Source: a virus. From it: a stretch of 64,000 nt of DNA. Positions 36,205-45,948 of the stretch are shown here, piece by piece (the stretch's first letter is position 1; every line of letters begins with the position of its first letter). The notes under the pieces are model-generated. The model did not search any database and had not been told where the DNA came from. It saw only the letters and a list, made by a program, of their open reading frames with translations. The stretch lies in the IMG/VR virus record IMGVR_UViG_3300034082_004296, positions 32,001-96,000 of that record; one strand, 5' to 3'. The position numbers were made by a program, and so were the translations under genes.

Positions 36205-38172
36205 ATGTCATATTTGTTAAATTATAAAAATTGGAGAGCACTATATGAAAGCCAAACTAATATTTTTGAAGATGGAGAAGACCCATACGGAGGAGTTGGT
36301 ATGATTGATGATACCAAAATCAAAGATAAAGGCACAGTTGATCCATTTGCAGACATGCCAAAAGAGGGCAAGAAAAGATTAGAGTATTTAGTAAATAAAG
36401 CAGGAGACCTAGATTCACAGGCGATAAAAAAGGCAGGAGCAGCGCCAGCAACTTCACTTCTACCCTACGATGCAATAACTGACTGGATGATTACTGCAGG
36501 TAAGCCTACTACAAGGAGCGATGGAAAAGGAGGATATAAAGATTTTTCACCAGAATGGAAGAAAAGATTTAAAGATAGAGAGCCTTCCATGAAATTAGAA
36601 GACTGTATTCAATGTATGCAGTATTGGAATGGAATAATTGATACGACTAAAACAAAAAAAGAAACTATTGAAATAAACGGTAAACCGTATGATGTTGCAA
36701 ATTATGACACTGCTCGAGTAATTAGACAATTGGATCAATTAAGTAATCTCAAAAAAGTTAAATCTTTAGTAGAAGAGGCATGGAAGGCTAAAGGCATTAT
36801 ATATTTTAATACTGGCTCGCCTTCAGAATATGAGTTTGAAGGAACTAAGTATTCTATTGAGAAAGACAAACAGGTAACATTTGACCCAAATTTAATCGTT
36901 GAAAAGAGTAAGATTTTACTAGAAAAAGCGAAAAAAACATTTGTAAACACTGGAAAAACCAGAAGAAATTCAAAGACTGATATGCTTTCTCCAAACCCCA
37001 ATTCAGATAATGTATGGTTTGATACAGGAGAGGGAGGAAAATATTATTCAAAGAAATCTAGAGATCAAACTGGAAGCTTTTGGCTATGGTATCAAATAAT
37101 ATCGGACGATGCTCAATTTCAAAAGTTATTAGCTAGATTCGATGATCCAACTTATGTGAGGACAGTATTCACAAAAATGACGGAGCAGGATAAGATAAAC
37201 ATAATAAAGGGTATTTCGGACGCTGCACAGAAGAAATTTGAGAAAGGATCAGTCGGAGCAATGGAAGGGATCTATGGCGCTACTTCCATCGTGTGGTGGC
37301 CGGTTGAAGCTAAAGAGACGATGCCAAAAACAACGGTCCTTAAACCAGCTAGTCCAGGAATTGACGTTGAATATGAAAATGAATGGGACTTTTCTTGGCC
37401 GTATGCTAAAGAAGGAGGAGTAGGAAAAGAACTTGCAATGACCTACTTTAAGAGTGATTCAGCAATAATACAAGATGGCAAGGACAAAGAGATAGACAAT
37501 GCAGTCAAGCAAATCATGGCTGAAATTAAGAGCAAAAATGGTACTCTTAAATCATTAAAGTATAGAGTAGTAGCATCGACGAGTGACGAACCTTCTAAAT
37601 ATGCAAGCCCTAATAAAGTAGCCGCAAAATACGATATTGCAAATAATCAACCTTTAGTTAGAGACCGTGCTAAGGTAATCGAAACTGCCCTAACTGCTGC
37701 GATCACTGCGAACGGAATTGATCCGACCCTGGTCACTAAAGACGGCGAAGACCTTACTCCTAATAATATTCTAGACGATGGAAGTGCAAAATACCAAGAG
37801 AAAAAATGGATGCGGCTTGATCATAAGGACCCTAGAGCAACGGCTGCTACTGATGCTGAATATAAAGCACTATTCGCTAAACCTAAACATTCAGGGCTTC
37901 TATTTAATATAGTATATACAACCATTGAAAAGGAAAAGAGTGAACCTACTCCTGAAGAAACGACCGTATCTGATTATGAGGTAGTAGGAGAATGGCTATT
38001 CGAGATCAAGTGGGCAGGCGGAGGAAGCTACAAGAAAAAGAGAAGAAGAACTCACACTAGAAGACCGATGAGGGGAATCCCTTGGGATAAATTGTTTCCG
38101 CCTCTTCCTGCAGGTGGAGGATGGAGCGTCGAAGACTTATGTGACGCATATGGTAGATCAGGACCAGGATAG
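36205..38172 (+). CDS. Putative head-packaged protein with OmpA-like C-terminal-type domain
   Basis: ATAAATA 36180-36186; leader MSYLLNYKNWRALYE; YFKSDSAII...VVASTS...NQPLVRDRAKVI fits the OmpA_C pattern. Confidence 0.55.
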   Translation: MSYLLNYKNWRALYESQTNIFEDGEDPYGGVGMIDDTKIKDKGTVDPFADMPKEGKKRLEYLVNKAGDLDSQAIKKAGAAPATSLLPYDAITDWMITAGKPTTRSDGKGGYKDFSPEWKKRFKDREPSMKLEDCIQCMQYWNGIIDTTKTKKETIEINGKPYDVANYDTARVIRQLDQLSNLKKVKSLVEEAWKAKGIIYFNTGSPSEYEFEGTKYSIEKDKQVTFDPNLIVEKSKILLEKAKKTFVNTGKTRRNSKTDMLSPNPNSDNVWFDTGEGGKYYSKKSRDQTGSFWLWYQIISDDAQFQKLLARFDDPTYVRTVFTKMTEQDKINIIKGISDAAQKKFEKGSVGAMEGIYGATSIVWWPVEAKETMPKTTVLKPASPGIDVEYENEWDFSWPYAKEGGVGKELAMTYFKSDSAIIQDGKDKEIDNAVKQIMAEIKSKNGTLKSLKYRVVASTSDEPSKYASPNKVAAKYDIANNQPLVRDRAKVIETALTAAITANGIDPTLVTKDGEDLTPNNILDDGSAKYQEKKWMRLDHKDPRATAATDAEYKALFAKPKHSGLLFNIVYTTIEKEKSEPTPEETTVSDYEVVGEWLFEIKWAGGGSYKKKRRRTHTRRPMRGIPWDKLFPPLPAGGGWSVEDLCDAYGRSGPG

Positions 38173-38176
38173 AGGA

Positions 38177-38779
38177 TCACTCTATTCTGTTAGTTAATAA
38201 TAAAGTGGAAGATATTCGATATCTTCCATTTTTGTTTACATAGACCTTTTGATATACTCCACAAAAGGTAGCCTCCTTCTTTAATAGCTTTGAGTTATGA
38301 CCTGGAGACTCGATCCAATAATTTAGGACACACTGTGCAGCTAACTTAGGATCGACTATTTTGGATCCAATATTTTTAAGCCAAAGATCGCCAACTTTTT
38401 GTTTTGTAGGATCCTTAAATACCATTGGTCCAGCATTAAGACAGTTCTCAGCAATCATGCCGCCTGCTCCTAATTTTACGCCAAATCGTTCAACTCTTGT
38501 TTCAGGAGAGACTAGATTTTCAATAAGATGTAGTGAATCATAATTTCGCTCAAAGTGGCCTCCTTCATCGTATATAGACAGGTATTCGCAATGGTGTTCA
38601 CAAGCACGAGTCGCTTTAGAGTCTAGCTTAAGTGGATTGAGCCCATTTTTTTGACGATATTCATTTATGGCATCAAGTAGAAGAGTTGAGAATTCAGCCT
38701 CAGTAGTTAAAAGGTTTTTAGGAACTTGAGAAAAAGTGATCGTAGAGATCAATAGAAGGGTTAATGTTATTAATTTCAT
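38177..38779 (-). CDS. Secreted CAP (SCP/Tpx-1/Ag5/PR-1) domain protein
   Basis: Start revised to MKLITLTLLLISTITFSQ; INEYRQKNGLNPL, HCEYL, GH, AENC, WIESPGHNSKLL. Confidence 0.85.
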   Translation of the reverse strand: MKLITLTLLLISTITFSQVPKNLLTTEAEFSTLLLDAINEYRQKNGLNPLKLDSKATRACEHHCEYLSIYDEGGHFERNYDSLHLIENLVSPETRVERFGVKLGAGGMIAENCLNAGPMVFKDPTKQKVGDLWLKNIGSKIVDPKLAAQCVLNYWIESPGHNSKLLKKEATFCGVYQKVYVNKNGRYRISSTLLLTNRIE

Positions 38780-38865
38780 GGCTCTTACATTTACTGTGGA
38801 TATAGTTATAATACAATAAAAAGAGTCGGTTTTAAAAGATAAATAACTAAAAAACTTATTTAAAA

Positions 38866-40410
38866 ATGGGTGGTTATTTATTAAATTATAACAAGTGGAG
38901 AGCTCTATATGAGTCAGCTCAACTAAATGAGGCAATTGAGATACCTGGATTTAATCTTAAACCGGTAGAAAAAGGAAATAAGCTAGTTTCTAGAGTTTCG
39001 TATCCATCACTTGGAATTAATCCAAAATACGATAATGAGCTAAATTCAATCATGACTAAAACAGTCGGTAAGGAGACAATTCCTAAGTTATTTGTAGTAA
39101 ATGGTAGTGAAGTTGATTCTCAGGCTGAATATCGAAAAATATTTACTGCGCTAGTTTATGGAGTGATCCAATATTTTGAAGATGATACATTAAAGGATAA
39201 GATCGATGATATTGCTCCACAACTTAAATTCACAACAACGATTTCAGGTAAAGTACAATTGTATGGTTCAAGTAGTGGAAGGATTAGTACACAAGGACAA
39301 ATTGTGGAACCGAATACTGGTGGGGCAGTCTATATTTCAAACACAGCTGACACTAAAGAGTCATCAGTAATCGGGATATGTAAATATATCAATGGATTTA
39401 ATTTACAGAATTGGATGACAGGTAATTTCCTACAGATAGATCCAACGAAGATTCTTGATCAAAACAATGTAACTGATTTAACTGGAGCGATGAGAGAGGC
39501 ATATGTTGAAGAACGAGGATTCTTACGATTAGTCAGTCCAGCAAGTGCAAGCATTACTGCTGGAGCAAGGGGTACTGAGACTGAAACTGTTCAAGGTGCA
39601 CAGGCGCAAACTGGTAATGCAGAGATTGCATTTACTGCTGGAAAATCAGATATTGATGATAAAGGAGTTAAAGTTGATGCAAATCACCCTAAAGTAAAAG
39701 AGATTGGTGACAAGATCATAGGGTATTTAGGAAACAATGGTGTAATTGATTCAATGACGTTAACCTCATCTGCAAGTCCAGAATATGGATCGATCCAAAA
39801 CGTTGCAGGCTGGGAAAAATCTTATCCTAAGGGGACTACTGGAACAGCTGATCCTGGTGCAGGAGCGGATGACGCTGGTAAAAACATGAAGCTTGCATAC
39901 GATCGAGGAGTCGTATTTAGTAATGCGTTATACGCTTATTTAGGAGGACATGTAAAACAAAATGCAATTGCCGTTTCTTGGAAGATCTCAACTGATGCTC
40001 CAGGAGGAGGAAAGAATATCACTTACTCAGTTGCTACTAAAAGTGAATCTCCACAAACAATCACAAAAACGACTTACCAAGGAGCAAAAGTATCTGTCAA
40101 AAATGAAGATAACTCAATCGTAGTCTATAAGATTACGTATGATGCGTCAGCAATTGCTAAAAATAAAGATGGACTTTTCACAAAAGAACGAATTGATTAT
40201 AATAAATTAAAAGTAGGTGATAAGATCATAGTATACGCTAAGGACATGAAGACTAAACTTGGAAAAGATGAAGATGAACCTGTCACAGTAAGTAAGGTTG
40301 AAGATAATAATGTTTACGTAAATTATAAAGAAAACACCGATATCTTGATACCTAAAGATAGATACATTAAACAAGTAGGAAAAGCTGAAAAGCAAGAAGC
40401 TGAAATCTAA
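38866..40410 (+). CDS. Second putative head-packaged protein with OmpA-like domain
   Basis: ATAAATA 38839-38845; leader MGGYLLNYNKWRALYE; FTAGKSDI...LTSSASPE...NMKLAYDRG. Confidence 0.55.
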   Translation: MGGYLLNYNKWRALYESAQLNEAIEIPGFNLKPVEKGNKLVSRVSYPSLGINPKYDNELNSIMTKTVGKETIPKLFVVNGSEVDSQAEYRKIFTALVYGVIQYFEDDTLKDKIDDIAPQLKFTTTISGKVQLYGSSSGRISTQGQIVEPNTGGAVYISNTADTKESSVIGICKYINGFNLQNWMTGNFLQIDPTKILDQNNVTDLTGAMREAYVEERGFLRLVSPASASITAGARGTETETVQGAQAQTGNAEIAFTAGKSDIDDKGVKVDANHPKVKEIGDKIIGYLGNNGVIDSMTLTSSASPEYGSIQNVAGWEKSYPKGTTGTADPGAGADDAGKNMKLAYDRGVVFSNALYAYLGGHVKQNAIAVSWKISTDAPGGGKNITYSVATKSESPQTITKTTYQGAKVSVKNEDNSIVVYKITYDASAIAKNKDGLFTKERIDYNKLKVGDKIIVYAKDMKTKLGKDEDEPVTVSKVEDNNVYVNYKENTDILIPKDRYIKQVGKAEKQEAEI

Positions 40411-40431
40411 TCTTGACTTTAGATATTTGAT

Positions 40432-40458
40432 AAGGGAGTCTAACGACTCCCTTTTTTT
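40432..40458 (+). terminator. Intrinsic terminator
   Basis: AAGGGAGTC-TAAC-GACTCCCTTTTTTT. Confidence 0.85.
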
Positions 40459-40991
40459 GGCATTATATATACGTACCCATTAAATGTGGTCTTGCTCTTA
40501 TCTAGTGAATGAAATGTAGCATCAAACTTGATAGATTTATTTTTACGATCAATCAATATGATCGAAACAATAGTAGCTGCTTCGTCGTTGGGTCGAGAGA
40601 TAGCTGCCTCATGGGTAGAAGAGTGAATCCAACCCTGAACAGCTTTCTGTGCAAGCGCTTCAAGATCGATCTCACCGCGATCACTAATGATATTTGTAAA
40701 AAATGAACCTGACGTTTCGTATCTATATAAACACTCAGCATTGCTCCAATAACCTAGGCTATCTGAATGTCTCTGCATGGGCCGATTAAAATTTCCATAT
40801 GCTACTCTGGTACAAAACTTTCGCATCAGGGAGTCCTCAAATGCCATAAATGGAGAGAGGCTTTGTGTGATTCTATACTCATTAATCTTTTTCCAGATCA
40901 AACTATCAAGCTTAGTAGATTCGATTCTTTCTACTTGTGAAATCGAAGAGAATGAAAGTAATGCAAAAAATATTATTGCAATTGTTTTCAT
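40440..40991 (-). CDS. Second secreted CAP-domain protein
   Basis: Signal peptide MKTIAIIFFALLSFSSISQ; INEYRITQSL, H, AECL, WIHSSTH. Confidence 0.75.
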   Translation of the reverse strand: MKTIAIIFFALLSFSSISQVERIESTKLDSLIWKKINEYRITQSLSPFMAFEDSLMRKFCTRVAYGNFNRPMQRHSDSLGYWSNAECLYRYETSGSFFTNIISDRGEIDLEALAQKAVQGWIHSSTHEAAISRPNDEAATIVSIILIDRKNKSIKFDATFHSLDKSKTTFNGYVYIMPKKGSR

Positions 40992-41072
40992 GGCTTTAAA
41001 TTTAATTGGTTATAGCTATAATACAAAAAATTATCGAAATAAAAAAGATAAATAATAAAAAATTAAATTGTA

Positions 41073-41306
41073 ATGGCAAATCCAGTTATGAACTACAACC
41101 AGTTTATGTCAGCATTCAAAAAAGCTGAAGCGGGATACCGTGGAAAAGCTAATGTTGCGGCTAACGATAGATCAGGTTCTATGAAGATCAATCAAGGTTT
41201 AGTTGAAGGTCCAGTTAAAGGAAAAGGAACTCCTCAACTTGATAAGTATACTAAACAATACATGACTACTGCAAAGAACAAGAGTGTAGTAGGTAAGAAG
41301 AAGTAA
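41073..41306 (+). CDS. Small basic late protein
   Basis: ATAAATA 41048-41054; MANPVMNYNQFM leader. Confidence 0.65.
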   Translation: MANPVMNYNQFMSAFKKAEAGYRGKANVAANDRSGSMKINQGLVEGPVKGKGTPQLDKYTKQYMTTAKNKSVVGKKK

Positions 41307-41326
41307 TCAATAAAAATCTAGGACCA

Positions 41327-41584
41327 ATGAATAGAGCTATCATGAGATTTGAGCAATATGCTCTACTTGAAAAGAAGGGCGACCTTAAGAAGCTAGTAGG
41401 TAAGGACGAGGACGAAGAGCTTACGATAAATGATGCCAAGAAGATTGGGGTCAAGGTTGCTAACATGGAAGGAGAGGACAAGAAGAAATACGTTGGTATC
41501 ATCAACTTTTTAGGGGCTTCATGTAACATCTATAACGAGCTTTGGAAGAATTATAAACGAACGAGAGATCGTAAAAAAGACTAA
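41327..41584 (+). CDS. Small late protein
   Basis: MNRAIMRFEQYALLE leader. Confidence 0.65.
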   Translation: MNRAIMRFEQYALLEKKGDLKKLVGKDEDEELTINDAKKIGVKVANMEGEDKKKYVGIINFLGASCNIYNELWKNYKRTRDRKKD

Positions 41585-42717
41585 TGGATAAAGTATTTGA
41601 AAAGGCGTATTCTGATGAGGCTAGCTCAAAGGATGGAGGTTTCATCTTTCAAGCAATCCTAAACTATGACCTGTCCTGGTCAATAGTCAATGGCGAGACT
41701 GCACTCGATCAAAAAAATATCCAAGGTTGGCTTAAGCAAGTAGATGTTTTTCCAGATATGCGGTTTGAAGAGGGCCATGCCACTCTTACCTATGTTATCT
41801 TAAGTGAAGTAAATCTACTTAAAAGAAAGTTTGAGCTTGCGAGCGAGGCAATCAAGAGATTACTTAATCCAGATTATGCTCGAGAAATGGACGGTTTACC
41901 TGCTGAAGTGACACCGGAAGAAGAGACACCAAAACCGGTCGAGACCGACATAACTGACGACGATTGGAACAATCTCTTACCATCTGGTCCAAATCCACCA
42001 TTGGGATTACCTGAGCCACAAAAGAGAATTGGTCAAGGCCAAGTAGCTTTGCCTTCGGGCCCATCTGCTCCACTAGGTCTTCCGCCAGCAACTTCTGAAT
42101 CAAGAGTAAATGAGGTTCTTTTTACTACAAAGTTGACTTCTGCTCAAATCAAGGCGATTAATGACAAGTACTTTAGCAACACTCACTATGAGGTAAGGTT
42201 CACAGTAGATCGAATGGTCCTACGTGAGGTCTCAACCAGTGGACTTGATACGGGTTCTCCCAATGTGACACTTAAACTTTCTACAGGTATGGTGGACACG
42301 CTTGATGGAAAAGCAATCAATAGCTGGGACGGATTTAAGGTAAAGGTATCGGGTAAAAACACTCTAATTAATAATGAGTCGCTGTTGATAGACAACACGA
42401 CTGAACCCAAGATCTCAGAAATAATGGTATATGACCCTATTGAAAACGTGAATGAACTTATCTTTAGGACTATCCTACCTTCTTTAGTATTGGAATTTAA
42501 GGGAGACCGTGTACAAATAGATAACTATTCAAACCGCTCTTCACAAGTATCTATACGATCTAACATTGATTTTGAAAACTTATTTAATATTGAGGAGGCA
42601 CCCGCCTCTGAGATAGTAGACACAGAAGAGGGAGAGGAACCTGAAGAGGAGAATACTGAAGAAACTCAGGAACCAACTACACCCGAACAAAATATTGCTC
42701 CAAAGCAAAATAAATAA
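41584..42717 (+). CDS. Hypothetical virion-associated protein with Pro-rich linker
   Basis: Duplicated LPSGP..PLGLP motif; LFE/VNE-type sites; acidic tail. Confidence 0.65.
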   Translation: MDKVFEKAYSDEASSKDGGFIFQAILNYDLSWSIVNGETALDQKNIQGWLKQVDVFPDMRFEEGHATLTYVILSEVNLLKRKFELASEAIKRLLNPDYAREMDGLPAEVTPEEETPKPVETDITDDDWNNLLPSGPNPPLGLPEPQKRIGQGQVALPSGPSAPLGLPPATSESRVNEVLFTTKLTSAQIKAINDKYFSNTHYEVRFTVDRMVLREVSTSGLDTGSPNVTLKLSTGMVDTLDGKAINSWDGFKVKVSGKNTLINNESLLIDNTTEPKISEIMVYDPIENVNELIFRTILPSLVLEFKGDRVQIDNYSNRSSQVSIRSNIDFENLFNIEEAPASEIVDTEEGEEPEEENTEETQEPTTPEQNIAPKQNK

Positions 42718-42736
42718 CTAAAATAATCGATACACA

Positions 42737-43312
42737 ATGGCAGGTTTACCATATTGGACCAACTCAGTCGCAGCTCGAGAATACTACGAACCGATCTATA
42801 AGAATCAGTTTGAGGTGATCTTGAACCCACCGGCAGTAATCTCTGGTAGCAATGTAGCTCTTTTAGTGGAGCACGTGACCGAGATTTCAGGTCTGCCTGA
42901 AATAAATTCTAACGGGACTCTAGTTGAACAGTCTTACAAGTTCGCTAAAAGATCCTTTGCTGGAGGAATCCCAGACACTACAACTGCTGACTTAACTATT
43001 AAATTTACAGTCAACTTAAATGAAGAAAATGACGCATATGTCTATAATATCCTTAGGGCATGGAACGATATCGTTTACAATCCTCAAACGGGTAGTCAAG
43101 GACTAAAAAGAGACTATGTAGGTTCAATGTCAGTACACGTTGCAAACAAGACTGGTGAGATCTTTAGAGAATGGAACTTTCCAGTGATCATTCCAAATGA
43201 TAAACTGACTGAACTCTCTTTAAATTACACTGAAAATGGAATCTATGACGTAACGATGAAATATAGAGCAGACTACTGGGTTGAAACTAGAGTAGGTCAG
43301 ATTAACGTATAA
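42737..43312 (+). CDS. Tail tube protein (gp19-like)
   Basis: EPIYKNQFEV, RSFAG, LRAWNDIVYNPQTG..GLKRDY, LSLNY, ADYW. Confidence 0.85.
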   Translation: MAGLPYWTNSVAAREYYEPIYKNQFEVILNPPAVISGSNVALLVEHVTEISGLPEINSNGTLVEQSYKFAKRSFAGGIPDTTTADLTIKFTVNLNEENDAYVYNILRAWNDIVYNPQTGSQGLKRDYVGSMSVHVANKTGEIFREWNFPVIIPNDKLTELSLNYTENGIYDVTMKYRADYWVETRVGQINV

Positions 43313-43327
43313 AAAATCGAGATAAAA

Positions 43328-44032
43328 ATGGAAATGTTTAACACACATCGTCGAGATATCCTAAATTTCGATAACTATATGGATCTTAAGAAACCAGGAT
43401 TCGGAGGACCTAAATCTGCAATCGAATTACGGGATGCTCGAGGTAATATGAATGATCGCGATCCTAAACTTAAAGGATTTAGACGAACTGTTGAGAGAGA
43501 CCCTGCTTTTTCTCACCCTGTATACGACCCTACGTACAAGGCAATGACTGGCGATCTTGTTTATCGACAAGAAAAAAAGAAGCCGTTTACGTATGATGAT
43601 CGAATCACTGGAATTCCAGTTGTAGAGATCGAACCAGTAGAAGAGGGAAGAGCCTATTCTTCATTTACCCGATTCATTAATGAAGAAGTAGAAGATGAGT
43701 TAGAAGACGAATTGGATGCTGAATTAGAAGATGAGTTAGAAGATGAGTTAGAAGACAATCAATATGCTGAATTAGAAAATGATTATGAAGAGAGTGACTC
43801 AGATGATTGGAACGAAGATGAATATCGTCAGGAGGCAACTGCTTTCAATAATACTATGTCAGACCTGCGTAGCATAGAGGCTATGCTTCGAGGATTTGAA
43901 AACGGAGAAAACTTTGATGATGAAGAGGAAGACTTTGGTACAAACCCATTAGAAGACGAGGAGAGTCCGTTTGGAGAGATACCCGACTGGGTAAAGGAGC
44001 TTCAAGCTCCAGAAGATTCTGAAGGATATTAA
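43328..44032 (+). CDS. Acidic putative prohead core protein
   Basis: Internal FTRFINE motif then an (E/D)-rich region with ELED repeats. Confidence 0.55.
   Translation: MEMFNTHRRDILNFDNYMDLKKPGFGGPKSAIELRDARGNMNDRDPKLKGFRRTVERDPAFSHPVYDPTYKAMTGDLVYRQEKKKPFTYDDRITGIPVVEIEPVEEGRAYSSFTRFINEEVEDELEDELDAELEDELEDELEDNQYAELENDYEESDSDDWNEDEYRQEATAFNNTMSDLRSIEAMLRGFENGENFDDEEEDFGTNPLEDEESPFGEIPDWVKELQAPEDSEGY
43691..43756 (+). repeat. 12-nt coding tandem repeat (GAAGATGAGTTA; EDEL)
   Basis: EDELEDELDAELEDELEDELED. Confidence 0.85.
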
Positions 44033-44035
44033 TCG

Positions 44036-44063
44036 AAAACCTCATAGCAATATGAGGTTTTTT
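44036..44063. terminator. Bidirectional intrinsic terminator
   Basis: AAAACCTCATA-GCAA-TATGAGGTTTTTT. Confidence 0.85.
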
Positions 44064-44066
44064 GTT

Positions 44067-44465
44067 TTATATAGTTATAGTTGAGACCAAATCAAGTGGT
44101 AATTCTAGTGGATCTGCATCATTTAAGGTGGATATTATTCCATAACTAAATTCAAACTCAGGATACTCATTAGTGATAAAGTCGATTGTGTTTAAAACTA
44201 CTGATGCAGAAAGATTGGAGTTTAGGTATATTATCCTACTGTATTTTTCGTTCTTGACATTAATTGCCTTATCTAAAAGTTTCTTAATCTCATAATTTAA
44301 TAAAAAAGACTGCACCTTATTTGGAACAATAAACTTTGTACTAAACTTGTCCTTAATCAGCTTACTCACGTTTAGGATGTAATCGCTACGATCCTTTCGA
44401 TTAAATGTCAGGATAAAGCTCTTATAGTCTTTAACAAAAACAATTGATACTTTTCTCTTTTCCAT
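44067..44465 (-). CDS. Hypothetical protein
   Basis: 132-aa ORF at the end of the nucleotide-metabolism operon. Confidence 0.7.
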   Translation of the reverse strand: MEKRKVSIVFVKDYKSFILTFNRKDRSDYILNVSKLIKDKFSTKFIVPNKVQSFLLNYEIKKLLDKAINVKNEKYSRIIYLNSNLSASVVLNTIDFITNEYPEFEFSYGIISTLNDADPLELPLDLVSTITI

Positions 44466-44466
44466 T

Positions 44467-44886
44467 CTATATGTCTAGTTTTACAACGTCAATATTTGCA
44501 GCACGCAATATTGTGATTCCAGAAACATCTCGATATGTCTCACGATAAATTACAAGCTTGATTCCTGCCTGGATTATTAGTTTTGAGCACTCCTTACATG
44601 GAGAATAGGTCACATAGAGTGTAGCACCTTCTGTGCTTTGAGTGGATCGAGTCACCTTCATCATTGCATTGGCCTCAGCGTGTAATACATACCAATTAGT
44701 GTCTCCGTTTGCATCTTCACAATCGTTTGGAAAACCCTTAGGCGTGCCGTTAAATCCGTCTGAAATAATGGTACCGTCCTTAACGATTAGAGCACCGACT
44801 TTTTTACGTTTACAACAAGAAAGATTGGACCATTCTGTGGCCATCTTCAAGTAGGTAATATGATATTTAAGATCCTTGTTCGTCAT
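44467..44886 (-). CDS. dCMP deaminase
   Basis: S.C.RKKVGA, GFNGTP, HAEANA, PCKEC. Confidence 0.95.
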   Translation of the reverse strand: MTNKDLKYHITYLKMATEWSNLSCCKRKKVGALIVKDGTIISDGFNGTPKGFPNDCEDANGDTNWYVLHAEANAMMKVTRSTQSTEGATLYVTYSPCKECSKLIIQAGIKLVIYRETYRDVSGITILRAANIDVVKLDI

Positions 44887-45082
44887 TCTTTTCTTTGGGT
44901 TTAACGATACTGTCCGGTGTAAGAGAATAAACTATCGTGACTATTCCTACCCATTGTGGATAAGAGATGACTGATCTAAATACTTTATCTAGACTAGTCC
45001 ATTCATATATGAAATCACAGAGCAAGGAAATTACTAGTAATTTGATGGCTGTTCCAATTATTGATACTATTGCTTTTTTCAC
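44867..45082 (-). CDS. Small membrane protein
   Basis: Two hydrophobic segments. Confidence 0.6.
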   Translation of the reverse strand: MKKAIVSIIGTAIKLLVISLLCDFIYEWTSLDKVFRSVISYPQWVGIVTIVYSLTPDSIVKPKEKNDEQGS

Positions 45083-45948
45083 AGGTTTACGTTTTTAAGA
45101 ATCCAATCATATAGCGGATCAGGTAAGTCAGTTGGCTCATCTTGTCCATCAAAGAGAGATACGAAATTAGAGGTTGGTGTACCGATTATGTTAATTAGAT
45201 CTAGATCGACTTTAGGAATCTCTAAGGGCTCAAACTTACGAGTAATCATCTTCTTTGCGATCTCAAAATGACGCTCGTAGATATGAGAAGAGTTAGCGAT
45301 ATGCGTATATGTACCTAACTCTAATTCAGGATATCCTGCATGGTGACGAAGATGGTTCAGCATCTGCGATTGTAGGATAGCAAAGAATGCAATATCTGTA
45401 GGAAGTCCCAAGATCACATCATTGCTGCGCATGCTCACAGTAAGGTTAAGCTTATTATTTCTGATCTGAAAGATTCCATACATTGTACATACAAAATCCT
45501 TATTTCCTTGTCTCTGATGGGTAGGCAGGTTAAAGTGCAGGACAGCCTGTCGTGAATCCTTGTCTTGAGCTAATGATTCAAGTGCCCATTGATATTGAGT
45601 AAAACCGTGTTCATTCTGGTTATTAAATAGCAGATTGCCGTATGAAGAGTTTACAGTATCATCTTCATTTTTAATAGATTCCCAAAACTTTGCGTATTTT
45701 GCGATATATTCAACATCATTTCTACCCATAAAATACCATAGAAATTCTGCAGCAATATACTTGGATTGAGAAGACCTAAACTCGTTTCTATAGAGACACG
45801 AAAGAGGATCTTCAATCACCAATGCTACATCACACATTTCATTGATCCTCATGTCCCGAGGCTGAGTCACATATTCTGGACTAGTCATCAATTCATGTAA
45901 GAGTTCTTCGTATGCGGCAGCAAAGGAATTTGCTTGAATTATTACCAT
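45079..45948 (-). CDS. Thymidylate-synthase-fold enzyme, probably dCMP hydroxymethylase/methylase (gp42-like)
   Basis: DSRQA, DFVCT (catalytic Cys), MRSNDVILGLPTD (Asp at the specificity position), HIYERHF. Confidence 0.8.
   Translation of the reverse strand: MVIIQANSFAAAYEELLHELMTSPEYVTQPRDMRINEMCDVALVIEDPLSCLYRNEFRSSQSKYIAAEFLWYFMGRNDVEYIAKYAKFWESIKNEDDTVNSSYGNLLFNNQNEHGFTQYQWALESLAQDKDSRQAVLHFNLPTHQRQGNKDFVCTMYGIFQIRNNKLNLTVSMRSNDVILGLPTDIAFFAILQSQMLNHLRHHAGYPELELGTYTHIANSSHIYERHFEIAKKMITRKFEPLEIPKVDLDLINIIGTPTSNFVSLFDGQDEPTDLPDPLYDWILKNVNL

Noticed and set aside
38780-38935. N-terminal extension of the CAP ORF as listed (252 aa)
   Set aside because: It overlaps the divergent gene and promoters. 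The signal peptide starts at ATG 38779. Similar over-extended starts at 8342, 27222, 53912, 56102 and 63277 were also trimmed.
45079-45948. Annotation as canonical thyA
   Set aside because: The specificity residue is Asp rather than Asn, and the motifs are closer to T4 gp42.
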